From contig CM059432.1 in the NCBI GenBank assembly GCA_030390025.1, positions 59,522,001 through 59,586,000 on the forward strand: 64,000 bases of DNA, in the 5' to 3' direction. The notes under the pieces are model-generated. The model made no database searches. It saw only the letters and a program-made list of their open reading frames with translations, and had not been told where the DNA came from. A program made the translations under genes and the position numbers. Shown one piece after another: positions 1 through 12,900 of the stretch (position 1 is its first letter; every line of letters begins with the position of its first letter). The DNA comes from Squalus acanthias. Taxonomy: Eukaryota.

Positions 1-1290
1 TCTGCTTTCAATCATCAGCAAAGTGATGGAAGATGTCGTCGACAGTGCTATCAAGCGGCACTTACTCACCAATAACCTGCTCACTGATGCTCAGTTTGGG
101 TTCCGCCAGGACCACTCGGCTCCAGGCCTCATTACAGCCTTGGTCCAAACATGGACAAAAGAGCTGAATTCCAGAGGTGAGGTGAGAGTGACTGCCCTTG
201 ACTTCAAGGCAGCATTTGACCGAGTGTGGCATCAAGGAGCCCTAGTAAAATTGAAGTCAATGGGAATCAGGGGCTGGAGTCATATCCAGCACAAAGGAAG
301 ATGGTTGTGGTTGTTGGAGGTCAATCATCTCAGCCCCAGGACATCGCTGCAGGAGTTCCTCAGGGCAGTGTCCTAGGCCCAACCATCTTCAGCTGCTTCA
401 TCAATGACCTTCCCGGCATCATAAGTGGCGATGTTCGCTGATGATTGCACAGTATTCAATTCTATTCACAACTCCTCAGATAATGAAGCAGTCCATGTCC
501 ACATGCAGCAAGACCTGGATGACATTCAGACTTGGGCTGATGTGTGGCGCAAATTTTACTTGCCACTTAAGTGCCAGGCAATTACTATCTTCAACAAGAG
601 AGAGTCTAACCACCGCCCCTTGACATGCAACAGTATTACCATCACCAAATCCTCCACCATCAACATCTGGGGGGCCACCATTGACCAGAAACTTAACTGG
701 ACCAGCCACGTAAATACTGGCCTCAAGAGCAGGTCAGAGGCTGGGTATTCTGCGGCGAGTGTCTCACCTCCTGACTCCCCAAAGCCTTTCCACCATCTAC
801 AAGGCACAAGTCAGGAGTGTGATGGAATACTCTCCACTTGCCTGGATGAGTGCAGTTCCAACAACACTCAAGAAGCTCGACACCATCAAGCCCGCCTGAT
901 TGGCACCCCATCCACCACCTTAAACATTCACTTCCTCCACCACTGGCGCACCGTGGCTGCAGTGTGTACCATCTACAAGATGCACTGCAGCAACTCTCCA
1001 AGGCTTCTTCAACAGCACCTCCCAAACCAGCGACCCCCACCACCTCGAAGGACAAGGGCAGCAGGCGCATGGGAACACCATCACCTCCAAGTTCCCCTCC
1101 AAGTCACGCATCACCCTGACTTGGAAATATATAGGCGTTCCTTCATCGTCGTTGGGTCAAAATCCTGGAACTCCCTACCTAACAGCACTATGGGAGTACC
1201 TTCACCACCACCTTCTCAAGGGCAATTAGGGATGGGCAATAAATGCTGGCCTTCCAGTGACGCCCACATCCCAGGAATGCATAAAAAAAA
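1..1290 (+). mobile_element. Degenerate HER1-type (CR1-clade) LINE, RT to 3' tail
   Basis: Frameshifted RT fragments (LDFKAAFDRVWH, GVPQGSVLGP, FADD) followed by the tail aagggcaattagggatgggcaataaatgctggcc...cccacatccca and an A-run. Confidence 0.9.
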
Positions 1291-1353
1291 AGCTGTGAGC
1301 AGTTTGATGAAAATGAAATGTGCAATAGAAACCAGGAGAAAGTAGTGAGTAAA

Positions 1354-1378
1354 AGACATGATCGCCCTCTAGTGGCAA
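1354..1378 (-). promoter_or_regulatory. Candidate CTCF site 1
   Basis: Minus strand reads GCCACTAGAGGGCGA, matching the CTCF core CCACYAGRKGGC. Confidence 0.55.
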
Positions 1379-1762
1379 AAAAATCAAATAGTACAACATA
1401 AATTAACATAAAAACTATTTCTACAAAAATTAAATGAATATGTAAAACTCCTTCAGTTTGTGTCCTTCTTCAGAGACAAAAATCCAAAGATTTCAGAAAT
1501 CAAACTGAATGTTTTGTTGATGTGATACGAGCAGGAAAGAAAGCAGTAACCACTTATGTAATCCTACACAACAGTGGTGTAAATATAACTTGTGGACTAA
1601 ATAAAATCAAGAAGTTAATGGAAAAAAATGACAACTCTAGAATAGAAACTAACAAAAAAATCAACTCAGGCAGCAAGCTTTCCTCAAATTCCTTCAAACC
1701 AATTATAAAAGTGAATGGTGTACGAAGAAAGAAAAGGCTTAAAGTAAATTGTAAATTTACAC

Positions 1763-1787
1763 AGACATGGTCACCCTCTGGTGGCAA
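1763..1787 (-). promoter_or_regulatory. Candidate CTCF site 2
   Basis: Minus strand reads GCCACCAGAGGGTGA; same orientation as site 1 and 22/25 identical to it. Confidence 0.5.
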
Positions 1788-2439
1788 GAAAAGCCTACAG
1801 CACCTTGGTATAATCCCAGTTTAGTACTAACTAGGCCTGGCTTGGTTATCTTCTAAGATCAGACATATTCAGGATAGTGTGGTTGTAGATGTTTATTAAT
1901 GCTCTTTTCAGTCCATTTAAGCAGTCACTTACTGTACTGTCTTTTTTCTCTCCAACTAATGATCATGGCATAACTTCCTTAGAAAGTTGAGAACTAATTA
2001 TGTAATATATGTTACGGTTATATAGGATTACACCTCAAATTACTGGCAGATTTTTTTCTCAAAACACTAATAAAGTGTCAATTGTTCAGCATACTAGTAT
2101 CTCCCCTGGTAAATAAATCTTTACAACAGACATATAATTTGCCTCAACAGTATTTCTATATTACCTCACTCATGAAGCTCTATTTTCAAACTGAGAAAAC
2201 TGCATTTCAAAAACACACAGGCTCGAGTGATGCATTCTGTACCTCTTCACGGGTTTTTAAAACCATTGCGCCCTGACTTATGCCCTCCATTTGAAAATCA
2301 GCCTAAGATACCAAAAGTAGGTGAAAAGAAAGGACTTCTTAATGATATATAAATTAATTTTATGTCAACAATGACTCAGCATGAGAAAATGAAAGCTATA
2401 TTATGTACTTTTATGGTTTACAACATGTCTAGAAAGAAA

Positions 2440-2820
2440 AAAGAATTTGCATTCATATAGCGCCTTCATGACTTCAATGCATCCCAAAGTGCTTCAAAGG
2501 CAATTAATTACTTTTGAAGGGTAGTCATTGTTGTCATGTAGGGAAATTTTTCAGCCAATTTCAGCACAGCAGGGTCCCACAAACAGCAATAACATTAATT
2601 ACCAGATAATCTTTTTCAGGTGGTGATTAAGGGATAAACATTGGTCAGGATACCAGGAGAAATCCCTCGCTCTTCAAATAGTGCCATGGGACCTGGCACT
2701 TCCAACAGTGCAGTACTGAAGGAATGTTAGCCTAAATTATGTGCTCAAGTCTCTGGAGTGGGGTTTGAACCCAAGACTTTCTGGCTTAGAGACGAGAGTG
2801 CTACCAACTGAGTCAAGGCT
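2440..2820 (-). mobile_element. SacSINE1/DeuSINE-type tRNA-derived SINE
   Basis: Reverse-complement match to the copy at 50470-50890: tRNA-like head (ctcagttggtagcac...gggttcaaaccccac), gcagtactg...gatcccatggcactattt core, ggcgctatatgaatgcaa tail. Confidence 0.8.
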
Positions 2821-2904
2821 AGCACTTGCAGCACATTGACATATCGTTGTCAAAGTTTCCAACATTGCAAGTCCCAGATGTGAAATTTTCAATCAAGTGT
2901 AACT

Positions 2905-3236
2905 TTTTTTTTATTTGTTCATGAGATATGGGCATCATTGGTAATGCCAGCATTTATTGCCCATCCCTACTTGCCCTTGAGAAGGTGGTGGTGAACCGCT
3001 GCAGTCTGTGTGCTCCTGTTGTAGCAGTTTGGTGCAACTCAGAGGGCAGTTAAGAGTCAACCACAATGCTGTGGGTCTGGAGTCACATATAGGCCAGACC
3101 AGGTAAGGACGGCAGATTTCCTTCCCTAAAGGACATTAGTGAACCAAATGGGTTTTTACAACAGTCCGGTAGTTTCATGGTCACCATTACTGATACTTGA
3201 TTACTAGTCCAGAAACATAACCACTGTGCTACCATT
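2905..3236 (-). mobile_element. HE1-type SINE (V-SINE), internally deleted
   Basis: Shares its core with 27740-28135 and its 3' tail (gggatgggcaataaatgctggc) with the HER1-type LINEs. Confidence 0.8.
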
Positions 3237-3344
3237 CCAGGCTTTATGACTTCACATCATAACAAGCACCTTTAAAAGTAGCAAGCTGTGTTTGGCTCAG
3301 GAATTGATTCCGACAGCCTCCAGATCCACCTATCAGCCTTGGGT

Positions 3345-3462
3345 GCCGTGTTTCACACATTACAACAGTAACTACACTTCAAAAACTACTTCATTGGCGG
3401 TTAAGCATTTTGGGACATTCTGAGGTTGTGAAAGGCGCTATATAAATGCAAGTTCTTTCTTT
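3345..3462 (+). mobile_element. SacSINE1-type 3' fragment
   Basis: cattacaacagtaactacacttcaaaa...gaaaggcgctatataaatgcaagttctttc matches the tail of 50470-50890. Confidence 0.7.
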
Positions 3463-3917
3463 CTAAATGATCTGATTGGTTGATACTGACAGCCACCGAT
3501 TCCAATGGAAAAAGTTGATTTTTCTTGCAAATCACGAATGCAGAATAGAAATATTAACAGTCAGCTTGCAACTGGAGGGGTATAAAAATTGTTTAAACTG
3601 CCCCCCTCCCCTTCTTTAAAGAATCTCAGGTAACGTAAATGAATGTGATTATTCAGGACATTAATTTATATGACTACTTATTTTTCGCGTTATTTTAATT
3701 TTTTTACATTTCATTCATGAAATCACTCATCCATCTCACACGTCAGACTGCCATAGCTGGTATGATACACTGCCTTTAATGCTAGGTCTTCACTCACTAA
3801 GAATGCAAAAATCTCTTTACACAGCAATGACATTGATATTGACACTAGCCTGTCAAAGTACAGTTATGATGTTCAAGGTGTTTTTGTTTCCTCATATAAA
3901 GAATAGGCCTTTACATG

Positions 3918-5312
3918 CCTGCATAGCTCCAGAACTAGCCACGTATCTAGCCAAGGTGTTCCAGTACTGCTACAACACTGGCATCTATCCGACAATGTGG
4001 AAAACTGCCCAGATATGTCCTGTCCACAAAAAGCAGGACAAATCCAATCCGGCCCCATCAGTCTACTCTCAATCATCAGCAAAGTGATGGAAGGTGTCAT
4101 CGACAGTGCTATCAAGCGGCAAACATGGACAAAGGAGCTGAATTCCAAAGGTGAGGTGAGAGTGACTGTCCTTGACAGCAAAGCAGCATTTGACCGAGTA
4201 TGGCATCAAGGAGCCCTAGTAAAATTGAAGTCAATGGGAATCGGGGGGAAAACTCTCCACTGGCTGGAGTCATACCTAGCACAAAGGAAGATGGTTGTGG
4301 TGGTTAAAGGTCAATCATCACAGCCCCAGGACATCGCTACAGGAGTTGCTCAGAGCAATGTCCTAGGCCCAACCATCTTCAGCTGCTTCATCAATGACCT
4401 TCCCTCCAACATAAGGTCAGAAATGGGGCTGTTCGCTGATGACTGCGCAGTGTTCAGTGCCATTCACAACTCCTCAGATAATGAAGCAGTCCATGCCCGC
4501 ATGCAACAAGACCTGGATGACGTTCAGGCTTGGGCTGATAAGTGGCAGGTAACATTCGCGCCACAGATGTGCCAGGCAATGACTATTTCCAACAAGTGAG
4601 AGTCTAACCACCGCCCCTTGACATTCAATGGCATTACCATCGCCGAATCCCCCACCATCAACATTCTGGGGGTCACCATTGACCAGAAACTAAACTGGAC
4701 CAGCCACATAAATACTGTGGCAACAAGAGCAGGTCAGAGGCTAGGTATTCTGCGGCGAGTGTCTCACCTCCTGTCTCCCCAAAGCCTTTCCACCATCTAC
4801 AAGGCACAAGTAAGGAGTGTTATGGAATACTCTCCACTTGCCTGGATGAGTGCAGCTCCAACAACACTCAAGAAGCTCGACACCATCCAGGGCAAAGCAG
4901 CCCACTTGATTGGCACCCCATCCACCACCTTAAACATTCACTCCCTCCACTACCGGCATACCGTGGCTGCAGTGTGTATCATCTACAAGATGCAGTATAG
5001 CAACTCGGCAAGGCTTCTTCGGCAGCATCTCCCAAACCCGTGACCTCTTCCACGTAGAAGGACAAGGGCAGCAGGCGCATGGGAACACCACCACCTACAA
5101 GTTCCCCTCCAAGTCACTTAGAAGTATATCACTGATCCTTCATTGTCTCTGGGTCAAAATCCTGGAACTCCCTCTCCAACAGCACTGTGGGAGAACCTTC
5201 ACCACACGGACTGCAGCGGTTCAAGAAGGCAGCTCACCACCACCTTCTCAAGGGCAATTAGGGATGGGCAATAAATGCTGGCCTTGCCAGCGACGCCCAC
5301 ATCCCATAAAAA
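3918..5312 (+). mobile_element. 5'-truncated HER1-type LINE
   Basis: ORFs 3997-4599 and 4618-5043 encode RT (LDSKAAFDRVWH, FADD) and the C-terminus; family 3' tail plus A-run. Confidence 0.9.
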
Positions 5313-5451
5313 AATTTAAGTGTAATGAAATCTTTTATGTATGTGGGCAAAACAATGCTTTCCTATGATGAAACATGGCTCAGCTATGTCAAGCGGTACC
5401 AGCTTTGTTCTCCACAGCCAAAACTGCCTGCACTAAAAACCCAGAGAACAT

Positions 5452-6051
5452 GGGGGAATAATTCGGTTGCTTTGAACCTCCCATTAGCGCCCTGAGGGGG
5501 TGCTAACAGGAGGCGCAAAACAACTAGCGCTCGGGCGCAGCACCACTAACGCCTCCCACAAAATTCAGCAGGAGGTTAGCGGCGGGGTAGCCCCCTGTGG
5601 CACTATGCCTCTGGCGATTACATCATCGCCGTACGCAACATCCTGGCCGCAAACTTGGCTCGTGCCCCCTGACCTACCGCAGGGTCAGGGGGGCGTTCTA
5701 GCGGCCGGAGCGGCGATAATTAAAGGGCAGGTGCCGGGCGGCCATTTTTTTTGGGGTCGCCTGCTAGCACCTGCCCCCTCTGGCCTCCTGTATGCCGGGC
5801 TCTTTTGCTGGTAGGGACCCGGTGAGCGCTGCACTAGGCCCCTCACCTTTAATCAGGGGAGGGAGGCCTGCAGCGCTATGTGCCGGCACGCGTGGCACTG
5901 CTGCACGTAGCGCCGCGATAGTCAATGGGAGCGCCCCAAGAGGGAGGGGGAGCACTTCCAGTCGTGCCCCGCCTCCTGCTTGGGGCGCTACCATTTAATT
6001 TCGGGTGCAGGGGCACTAACTTTTTTGTAGCGCCCCAGCAAAGTTAATCCT
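5452..6051. mobile_element. GC/CpG-rich non-coding insertion, possibly a Harbinger-type MITE
   Basis: Sharply bounded GC-rich block with repeated agcgcc/ggcgct motifs; only weak terminal inverted similarity (ggggaataatt / aagttaatcc). Confidence 0.35.
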
Positions 6052-6330
6052 ACCATGGCAGTTTGAGAATTTAAATTCAGTTTTAAAAATCTGAAAATAA
6101 AAAGTTGGTATCAGTAACCATGAAGCTGTCGGATTGTCATAAAAAAAAAATTGGTTCACTAATATTCTTCAGGGAAGCAAACCTGCTGTCCTTACCCGAT
6201 ATGGTCTATATCTAACAGTCCGACACCAATGTGGCTGACCCTTAACTGCCCTCTTATATTGCCTAGCATGCCACTCAGTTGATGGGCAATAAATGCTGGC
6301 CTAGCCAACGTCAACATCCCGAGAATTAAT
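6052..6330 (+). mobile_element. HE1-type SINE fragment
   Basis: Aligns with 27810-28120 (gaatttaaattcag...ggttcactaat...cttaactgccctc...gatgggcaataaatgctggc). Confidence 0.75.
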
Positions 6331-7267
6331 CAGAAAACAAATTCAGGATCAGCCTGAAGGGCAAGGACAACGCTCCATCCCCCTACCCCATCACGACCAA
6401 CAGTCTGCTAACATCGCGCTCCCACTCTCATCGCAAACATCAATATGAGAGGGGTTCACGGATTTCTTCATTCCCAAGGTTGAGACTATGTGTGCCACTT
6501 CCTCACCTTTCTCTCAACACCAACCCTTGGCTTCCTACCAATCTCTAACCCACTCTAGCCATGAACCCTCATGATTTTGCAGTTTCTCCCCACCTCTACC
6601 TATCTTTTCCAAACTCTTATCTTCCATCAGGTTTCCTTGAACCCCTCCCTACCCAACTCCTGACCACTTAACTTCCTTTCTGTCCCACATGCTAGCTGAC
6701 ATTGTCGCAATTCCCTTTCCTCAGGCACTGTCCCTCTCCCTTTCAAAACTGCCATTACTACCCTCTCTGCAAAAAACATACCCTTGACCTACCCATTTTA
6801 TCCAATAACCAACCTTGAATTAAGAAGGAAGGACCTTCACAGTTGTGTATCTCTTCCTATGACTTTACAACACTGCAGACTCTTTATATTTGCATAGTAC
6901 ACCAAACATGGTAAAAAATAGACTAAGAATTGCTTAAATATAGAAACCAAACCATGCATTGTCAAAAAAAATGCCTGAAAGCAGGTATTTTAAATAAAAC
7001 ATTTGTGTTGCAGCCATCACTTACTAATTGTTATAGATACTCAATCATGGCCTATTTATCCAATACCATATTTATAGAAACCTGTATACTCTATTTAAAT
7101 TACTGTTCTATCCAGAGGTAAACTGCAGTGATTGAATCATCATAACTTAAAATGATGGTTGAACTCCCTTGCATATGGAAAATTTACGATTGTCATTAAC
7201 ATTGAAAAATAAAAAATTGTGATGACTAGCACTATTGCGCATTCTCAGCAAATGTGACTGCACTTAC

Positions 7268-7435
7268 CAATCTTAGGAATCAAATTATTTTGAAAGTAGA
7301 CAATTTTCAGATCTCTGCACCATTTGTCAATGTATTCAATTCTCTCTATTTCTTGCTGATGCAATGAAATTTCTTCGAGTGAAAATATCTCACAGTTATT
7401 ATGTTCTGCTCGTTGCCGTATCAAACTTTCAGTAA
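7268..7435 (-). CDS. DNAAF11: Dynein axonemal assembly factor 11 (LRRC6), coding exon 2
   Basis: 168-nt exon bounded by ttacag| and |gtaagt; translates (I)[55 protein letters not shown], matching the LRRC6 N-terminus as I recall it; phase fits exon 1. Confidence 0.95.
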
Positions 7436-7799
7436 CTGTAAGACAGCAAAATCAGTGAGGTAACAGGGCAGCACAGAACTGCAAAAAAAAAGGATTTCCT
7501 TCTGGTAATTTTTTTAAACAATCATTACTTACTCTAGAAAACAAAACTGCAGTATTTCAATAAAGAAAACTAAATCTAGTTTACATGACATTCTGCACTG
7601 AAAAAGAAAGCTCAAGCAACACGTAACCATCATCTGAACCTGATGATGAGATTTCAGACTTGATATCACGCAAGAATAGATAGTCAATTTTGTGAGGTAA
7701 TTTTATTCATTCAGATGGATTTTTTGCCAACAAGTATCATGGGGTAATCTAATGATGAGTATGTTGTATTACTGGACATCAATATTGAAAGTTTGGCAG

Positions 7800-8524
7800 T
7801 GTCAAGGGAATACACAATAAATGGTAGGATACGGAGAAGTGCAGAGGAACAGAGGGACCTTGGAGTGCATGTCCACAGATCCCTGAAGATAGCAGGACAG
7901 GTAGATAAGGCAGTTAAGAAGGCATACGGGATACTTTCCTTTATTAGCCGAGGCATAGAATAGAGGAGCAGGGAAGTTATGATTGAACTGTATAAAACAC
8001 TAGTTAGACCACAGCTAGAGTACTGCGAACAGTTCTGGTCACCACATTACAGGAAGGATGTGATCGCACTAGAGAGGGTACAGAGGAGATTTATGAGGAT
8101 GTTTCCAGAACCGGAGAATTTTAGCTCTGAGAAAAAGATTGGATAGGCTGGGTTGTTTTCTTTGGAACAGAGGAGGCGTAGAGGAGATTTAATTCCGGTG
8201 CATAAAATTATGAGGGGCCTCGATAGAATGGATAGGAAGGACCTATTTCCTGAGCAGAGAGGACAATAACCAGGGACACAGATTTAAGGTAATTGGTAGA
8301 AGGATTAGAGGGGAATTGAGGAGAATTTTTTTTCACCCAGAGGGTGGTGGGGGGTCTGGAACTCACTGCCTGAAAGGGTGGTAGTGACAGAAACCGAAGA
8401 AAAGTACAAGGCTATGGACCAAGAGCTGGAAAGTGGGATTAGGCTGGATAGCTCTTGTTCAGCTGGCACAGACACAATGGGCCAAATGGCTCCTTCTGTG
8501 CCGTAAATTTCTATGATTCTATGA
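7800..8524 (+). mobile_element. CR1 LINE 3' fragment
   Basis: Decayed ORF2 C-terminus ([19 protein letters not shown]) ending in an atttctatgattctatga tail; same family as 37121-39515. Confidence 0.85.
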
Positions 8525-8614
8525 CTTTACAGCTCTCAGATGAGAGTACCTGATTCGCTATAATGCCGATCCCTTTCTCTTTTATCTGGTCTGCCCCAAC
8601 CAAGGCAACAATTT

Positions 8615-8745
8615 CTTAAGGCTAAAGGGATATGGGGAGAAAGCAGGGACAGGGTACTGAATTTGGAAGATCAGCCATGATCTCATTAAATGGCGGAGCA
8701 GGCTCGAGGGGCCGAATGGCCTACTCCTGCTCCTATCTTCTATGC
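8615..8745 (+). mobile_element. CR1 3' tail fragment
   Basis: gatcagccatgat...ggcggagcaggctcgaggggccgaatggcctactcctgctcctat tail shared with other CR1 copies in the window. Confidence 0.8.
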
Positions 8746-9188
8746 TTAACAATCACCCGCCCGCTAACCCACGTCTTTGGAACTGGCTGATCGGGGGTGT
8801 CCGAGGGATCCGCGGGACGGATCTCCCTCCTCCCCGGTTACTCCCCTGCCTTCTGCCAATTCCCGGCCCCAGGCGGAGCGGCACAGCAGCTCCCTGCACC
8901 CACTCTCACCCAACCGCTTCACCTCAGTAGCGGAGCTGCTGCAACCGGCCAGGCGAGTCTGAGAGGGGAGGGGGCCCGGCCTGCGGACATCCTGCTGGCC
9001 GAGTGCGGCACATAACCCGGGGGGAGAGGAGTAGCTGGGGGCTCGGCGCCCAGTTTGGCGGGGCCGCGGGGATTTCGTTGTTAAATGGTGAGCAGCTGCG
9101 CCTTCGCTCTGTGTTGGACACCGGGTCCCAGGCAGGGGAGAGGAGAAACCGCCGCCGCCGCCGCCCCCCTGTTTCAGGCTCCACTCAC

Positions 9189-9198
9189 TTCGCACCAT
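9189..9198 (-). CDS. DNAAF11: DNAAF11/LRRC6 coding exon 1 (10 nt)
   Basis: ATG GTG CGA A|gtgagt; splicing to 7435 gives in-frame MVRITESLIR (human MGWITEDLIR from memory). Confidence 0.9.
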
Positions 9199-9245
9199 CG
9201 CGGCTTCTTGCTGGAGTTGGTCGGAGTGGAGCTGTTAGCGCCGCT

Positions 9246-9259
9246 GTAACCATGGAAAC
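9246..9259. promoter_or_regulatory. RFX X-box
   Basis: GTAACCATGGAAAC imperfect palindrome ~50 bp upstream of the ATG of a motile-cilia gene. Confidence 0.85.
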
Positions 9260-9919
9260 CGCCCTCCAGGCCCCGGCCCTTCCAACAGCGGCACCAAAAA
9301 CACTTTCCAAACAGTCGCACCGTGCATCTTCCAGAGCTGATTTGTGCAATGCTTTTCACGCATGATAGGTCACTATACTCTTTCTTATTAAATGAACCTT
9401 CCGTAGGTTCTGTTTGTACACTGCACTATTGATAAATTGATCGATATGTTAGCTCCAAAAAGGAGTTTTGAAATATTTTCTCTCTGCCCGCCAGTGGTAA
9501 GCAAAAACTTTAAAATGCGTAAAAGTCAATTACATTTATGTAAAATAAACATCATTAATTATATCTAGGTTTAAAATAAGTTGTCAGCCACATGTGATTC
9601 CCCATTTGCACAAATGGTTGCATACAGGTAAAGCTGGAAAACTGGCAAAAGCTGACACATCCCCCAAAAGCTGGCATGTCAAGAATGGTTCTGATTATAA
9701 TCCAGCCACACACGAAAACAACTTTGTAACTATACGTACATTCCTAAACTTCTTTCGACTACAAAACAGTGGTGACTACTTTTTAAATTAATGAATTAGT
9801 TGTGAAGCACTTAAGGATGTCATGGTATTGTGAAAGATGTTATGTAAATGTCTTTCTTTCACTTGTATTGAAGAAGGGGGTAACATGAAAGCCTGGAGGA
9901 AATCTAAGTGTTGAAGGCA

Positions 9920-12900
9920 AAATACTGCAGATGCTGGAAATCTGAAATAACAACAGAAAATGCTGGAAACACTCAGCAGGTCAGGTAGCATCGTGGAGGG
10001 AGAAACAGTAAAAGTTAAATAACAACAGAAAATGCTGGAAACAGTCAGCAGGTCAGGAAGCATCGAGGAGAGAGAAACAGAGTCAATGTTTCGAGTCGGG
10101 GACCCTTCGTCAGAACTGGAAAAGGTTAGAGAAGAGAGATTTTTAAGCAGGGGCAGGGAGGAGGGGAGGAAAGAACAAAGGGAAGGTCTGTGATAGGATG
10201 GAAGGCAGGAGAGATTGACTGACAAAAGGGATGATGGTGCGAGGCAAAAGGAGAGGTAATGGGACAAGTTAAGAAACAAAAGGTGACTCTAGATGAGGTG
10301 TAAATGATGATGGCAGCATCATTAACAGCTACCATGTGAGAAAACAAGCGAAAAAAATAAAAATATATAAAAAATACAGGGGCCGAGGTTATAGTCTGAA
10401 ATTGTTGAACTCGATGTTAAGTCTAGAAGGCTGTAAAGTGCCTAATAGAAATGCTTACATTGAGCTTCATTGGAACAGTGTAAGAGGCCGAGGACGGAGA
10501 GATCAGAATGGGAGTGGAGGGGAGAATTAAAGTGACAGGCGCCTGGAAGCTTGGGGTCACGCTTGCGGACTGAACGGAGGTGTTCCGCAAAGCGGTCACC
10601 CAATCTGCGTTTGGTCTCCCCAATGTAGAGGAGACCACATCATGAGCAGCGAATACAATATACTAAATTGCAAGAAGTACAAGTAAATCGCTGTTTCACC
10701 TGGAAGGAGTGTTTGGGGCCCTGGACGGTGGGAAGGAAGGAGGTAAAAGGGCAGGTGTTGCATCTCCTGCGCTTGCACGGGAAGGTGCCAGGTGAAGGAG
10801 AAGGGGTGTTGGGGGTGATAGAGGAGTGGACCAGGGTGTCGTGGAGGGAGCGGTCCCTTCGGAATGCTGAAAGGTGGGGGGGGGGAGGGGAAGATGTGTT
10901 TGGTGGCGGGATCACGCTGGAGGTGGCAGAAATGGCGCAGGATGATCCGTTGAATGTGGAGGCTGGTGGGGTGAAAGGTAAGGACAAGGGGAATCCTATC
11001 GTGGTTCTGGAAGGGAGGGGAAGGGGTGAGAGCTTAAGTGCGAGAAATGGAACGGACACGGTCGGGTCATGTCAACCACGGTAGAGGAGAATCCTCGGTT
11101 GAGGAAAAAGGAAGACATGTTGGAAGCACTAGTATGGAAGGTGGTATCGTCAGAACAGATGCAGCGGAGACGGAGAAACTGGGAGAATGGAATAGAGTTC
11201 TTACAGGAAGCGAGGTGGGAGGAAGTGTAGTCCAGGTAGCTGTGGGAGTCAGTGGGCTTATAGTGGATGTTGGTCGATAGCCTATCCCCAGAAATGGAGG
11301 CAGAGAAGTCGAGGAAGGGAAGGGAAGAGTCGGAGATGGACCATGTGAAGGTGAGGGAAGGGTGGAAATTGGAAGCAAAGTGAATGAAATTTGAGAGTTC
11401 AGGGTGAGAGCAGGAAACGGTACCAATACAGTCATCAGTGTACCGGAAAAAGAGGTGAGGGAGGGGACCTGAGTAGGATGGAACAAAGAATGTTCTACAT
11501 ATCCCATGAAAAGGCAGGCATAGCTAGGGCCCATGCGGGTATCCATAGCAACACCTTTAATTTGGAGGAAGTGAGTGGAGTCAAAGGAGAAGTTGTTCAA
11601 TGTGAGAACAAGTTCAGCCAGGCGGAGGAGGGTGGTGGTGGATGGGGACTGGTTGGGCCTCTGTTCAAGGAAGAAGTGGAGCGCCCTCAGGCTGTCGTGG
11701 TGGGGGATGAAGGTGTACAGGGATTGGACATCCATAGTGAAAAGGAGACAGTTGGGACAGGAAACTGGAAACTGTTAAAGTGGCGGAGGGCGTCGGAAAA
11801 GTCGCGAATATAGGCGGGAAGGGACTGGACAAGGGCAGAAAAAATAGAGTCGAGATAGGAAGAAATCAGTTCTGTGGGGCAAGAACAGGCTGAAACAATG
11901 GATCTACCAGGGCAGTCCTGTTTGTGGATCTTGGGAAGGAGTTAGAAGCGGGCTGTGTGGGGTTGGGGGACTATGAGGTTGGCGGCCATGGAGGGAAGAT
12001 CTCCGGAGGAGATGAGGTCAGTGACAGTCTTGGAAACAATGGCTTGATGTTTGGTAGTGGGGTCATGGTACAGGGGGAGGTAGGAGGAGGTGTCAGAGAG
12101 TTCCATTCAGCCTCCTCACGGTAGAGGTCGGTTCACCAAACAACAACAGCACCACCCTTGTCAGCAGGTTTAATGACAATGTTAGGGTTGGATCAGAGAG
12201 AACGGAGTGCTGCAAGTTCAGAAGGAGGTAGGTTGGAGTGAGTGAGGGGAGCAGAGAAATGGAGATGGCCGATGTCAAGCCGGCAGTTAGCAATGAAAAG
12301 ATCTAGAGAGGGTAAGAGACCAAGGGGAGGGGTCCAGGTAGACCGAGAATTCTGAAAGCGGGAGAAAGGGTCTGCTGTGTGGGGGGAAGACTCCTTGCCA
12401 AAGAAGTGGGCACTGAGACGAACATGACGGAAAAAGAGCTTGGCGTCGTGCCGAGCTCGAAATTCATTGAGATGGGGGCGTAGGGGGATGAAGCTCCGAC
12501 CTTTGCAAAGGACTTATCATTCAGGGTCAGAGAGGGGAAGGTCAGAGGGGATAGTGAAAACACGGCAGGTGAGATTGGAAGAAGGGATGGGGTCAGAGGA
12601 GAGTGAAGGGGAGGAAGGTTCCGGTGGGGCGTTGGTGTCCAAGAGTTGTTGAAGCTTGCGATCCTTGAAATCTGAAAGGAATAAAAAAAGTTTTTTGTTG
12701 AAGCGTCGGATGAGTCGAAGGATAAAATGGAACTGTGGACCAGGACAGCTTTGAGATAGAGTGCGTTGGTGCTGCTGAAGAGAGAGGTTGAAAGTGTTCA
12801 TGTGGCGACACATGGCGTTGAGCGTGGATCTCAGGATCCAACGAGAGCAGTAGTTTGAGGAACGCTGAATATCTTGGAAATATCTGTAATCCTGGGTGGA

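Larger units (their letters stand above)
8750..9330 (-). promoter_or_regulatory. DNAAF11: CpG island / promoter of DNAAF11
   Basis: CpG-dense GC-rich unique sequence with a (GCC)n run, surrounding the first coding exon. Confidence 0.85.

Noticed and set aside
3285..3320. QELIP-like peptide and AELLQP at ~8930, resembling the TRAPPC8 N-terminus
   Set aside because: Too short, no splice context, and lies within the DNAAF11 locus on the opposite strand
8742..9365. Several overlapping GC-rich ORFs in the CpG island
   Set aside because: Expected from stop-codon scarcity in GC-rich DNA; only the 10-nt exon has splice and homology support
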